NCBI GenBank assembly: GCA_030324005.1
Contig: JARDVH010000193.1
Coordinates: forward strand, 23,454,192 to 23,518,191
Reading direction: 5' to 3'
DNA length: 64,000 nucleotides
DNA from: Negaprion brevirostris
Taxonomy: Eukaryota
The notes under the pieces are model-generated. The model saw only the letters and a program-made list of their open reading frames with translations. It ran no database searches and was not told the origin of the DNA. Positions 62,766-64,000 of this stretch are shown piece after piece. Position 1 is the first letter of the stretch; every line of letters starts with the position of its first letter. Position numbers and translations under genes: made by a program.

Positions 62766-64000
62766 AAATACTCTGTTGGGTTGATATATTGCAAAAGGTT
62801 AGGGAGAGCCTGTGTTTTTTTTTGCAATTGAACGGCCCGTTCCATTGAACCTACTCCTTTGAAACTCTTTTTTTCTAAAAATAATTCAATGTCTATACAG
62901 CCCAGAGTGAAGTAGAAAGACAGACTCAACTGGTATATCATTGTCTTGTTTGTTGACAGTTCATTCTTAGCAAAAGGGATGTGTGTATTTCACAAGTGGC
63001 TGTTATTGTCCATATGTAATTAGGTATCTGACCAAGTTTCAGGTCTGTCTGGAGTCAATATTGTCAGTCACATGATATATTGCCAGCTATCTTAAAACTG
63101 CTGTGTCTGTTTTAATTAAAAATTGCAATATTTTCATGCCTACACTGGGCATGACAATGTATAAAAGCCTTTAAACAAAACAAAACACCTAGTCCTTTGG
63201 TAATACAGAATTAAATATTGCTGTAAAGATACATTTGAAGCTTTTCATCTTGCACTCAGCAGGACAACTGCAAGAATACCAATGTCAGGAACCAATAACT
63301 TTATATTGTATAAGAGAATGCTGATTAGCTGGCAAGTAGGCTGATTGGTAGAGTGTTGCCATGGAGAAAGCACCAATTAATTGTGACTACAAAGTATTGT
63401 TTGAAAATTTAACCCTGCCAGCTTGACTGGCCAAGGCATTGCCCTCAGGAATAAACCAGTCAATGGCTATTATTCATTTTGTTTAGCTGAAACAGGCGCA
63501 TTGTGCTTATCTGTTCTTTCTGTCTGCAAAGAACAGGATCCTTAGCATTAATATATGTAGCTTCCAATACATGCAAATATCCTCGTTGCAAGGCCAGCTG
63601 ACAATCTTAAATAGGTTATCAGCATAGGTTTTAGNNNNNNNNNNNNNNNNNNNNNNNNNNNNNNNNNNNNNNNNNNNNNNNNNNNNNNNNNNNNNNNNNN
63701 NNNNNNNNNNNNNNNNNNNNNNNNNNNNNNNNNNTATCAGCATAGGTTTTAGTACAATAAGTTTTTTTTTCTAGCAAATGCTGTCCAATCGCAAAATCAC
63801 ATCTAATGTTACAGCTAAATTAATTCAATAGCTGTTTGAGTTTTACAAGCAGATACCTTGTCCTTTGCAAGCAGTGGAAGGATATGTTGTTTGATATGAT
63901 GAGTATAAGATAAAAAGCTTCAACAAAATGTCTTTATTCAACAATGCTCAAACAGGCACTATTAACTTAAAATGCTTTATAATTATGTATGCTACGAAAT

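Noticed and set aside
63617-63752. Direct repeat tatcagcataggttttag on both sides of a ~100-N gap
   Set aside because: Most likely unmerged contig overlap, not a TSD

Overview
Vertebrate (eukaryotic) genomic DNA, AT-rich with many assembly gaps. The repeat content (HE1-like tRNA SINEs, Deu-domain SINEs, CR1/L2/Rex-Babar LINEs, Penelope-like and Harbinger remnants) suggests an elasmobranch, probably a shark; this is inference. Two protein-coding genes lie in tandem on the + strand. RNF166 has coding exons 2-6 at 24057-35346; exon 1 is not in the window. A complete three-exon Snail-family gene (52439-58147, 293 aa) is best called SNAI3, matching the RNF166-SNAI3 synteny known from human 16q24. 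The rest is mostly decayed, nested transposable elements, including a two-ORF Harbinger fossil and a hAT transposase fossil between the genes, plus a 27-bp minisatellite and a 75-bp repeat in the RNF166 3' UTR. No prokaryotic-type system (CRISPR, operon) is present, and I cannot demonstrate a new biological system. The best leads are: a stop/start-overlapping repeat ORF after RNF166; a GAG/TAG tandem acceptor that would insert a stop codon; hammerhead-like cores in Penelope-type repeats; a 59-bp hAT mini-element with a perfect TSD; a locally templated insertion; a CpG gradient in the minisatellite; and SNAI2-like features in this SNAI3.
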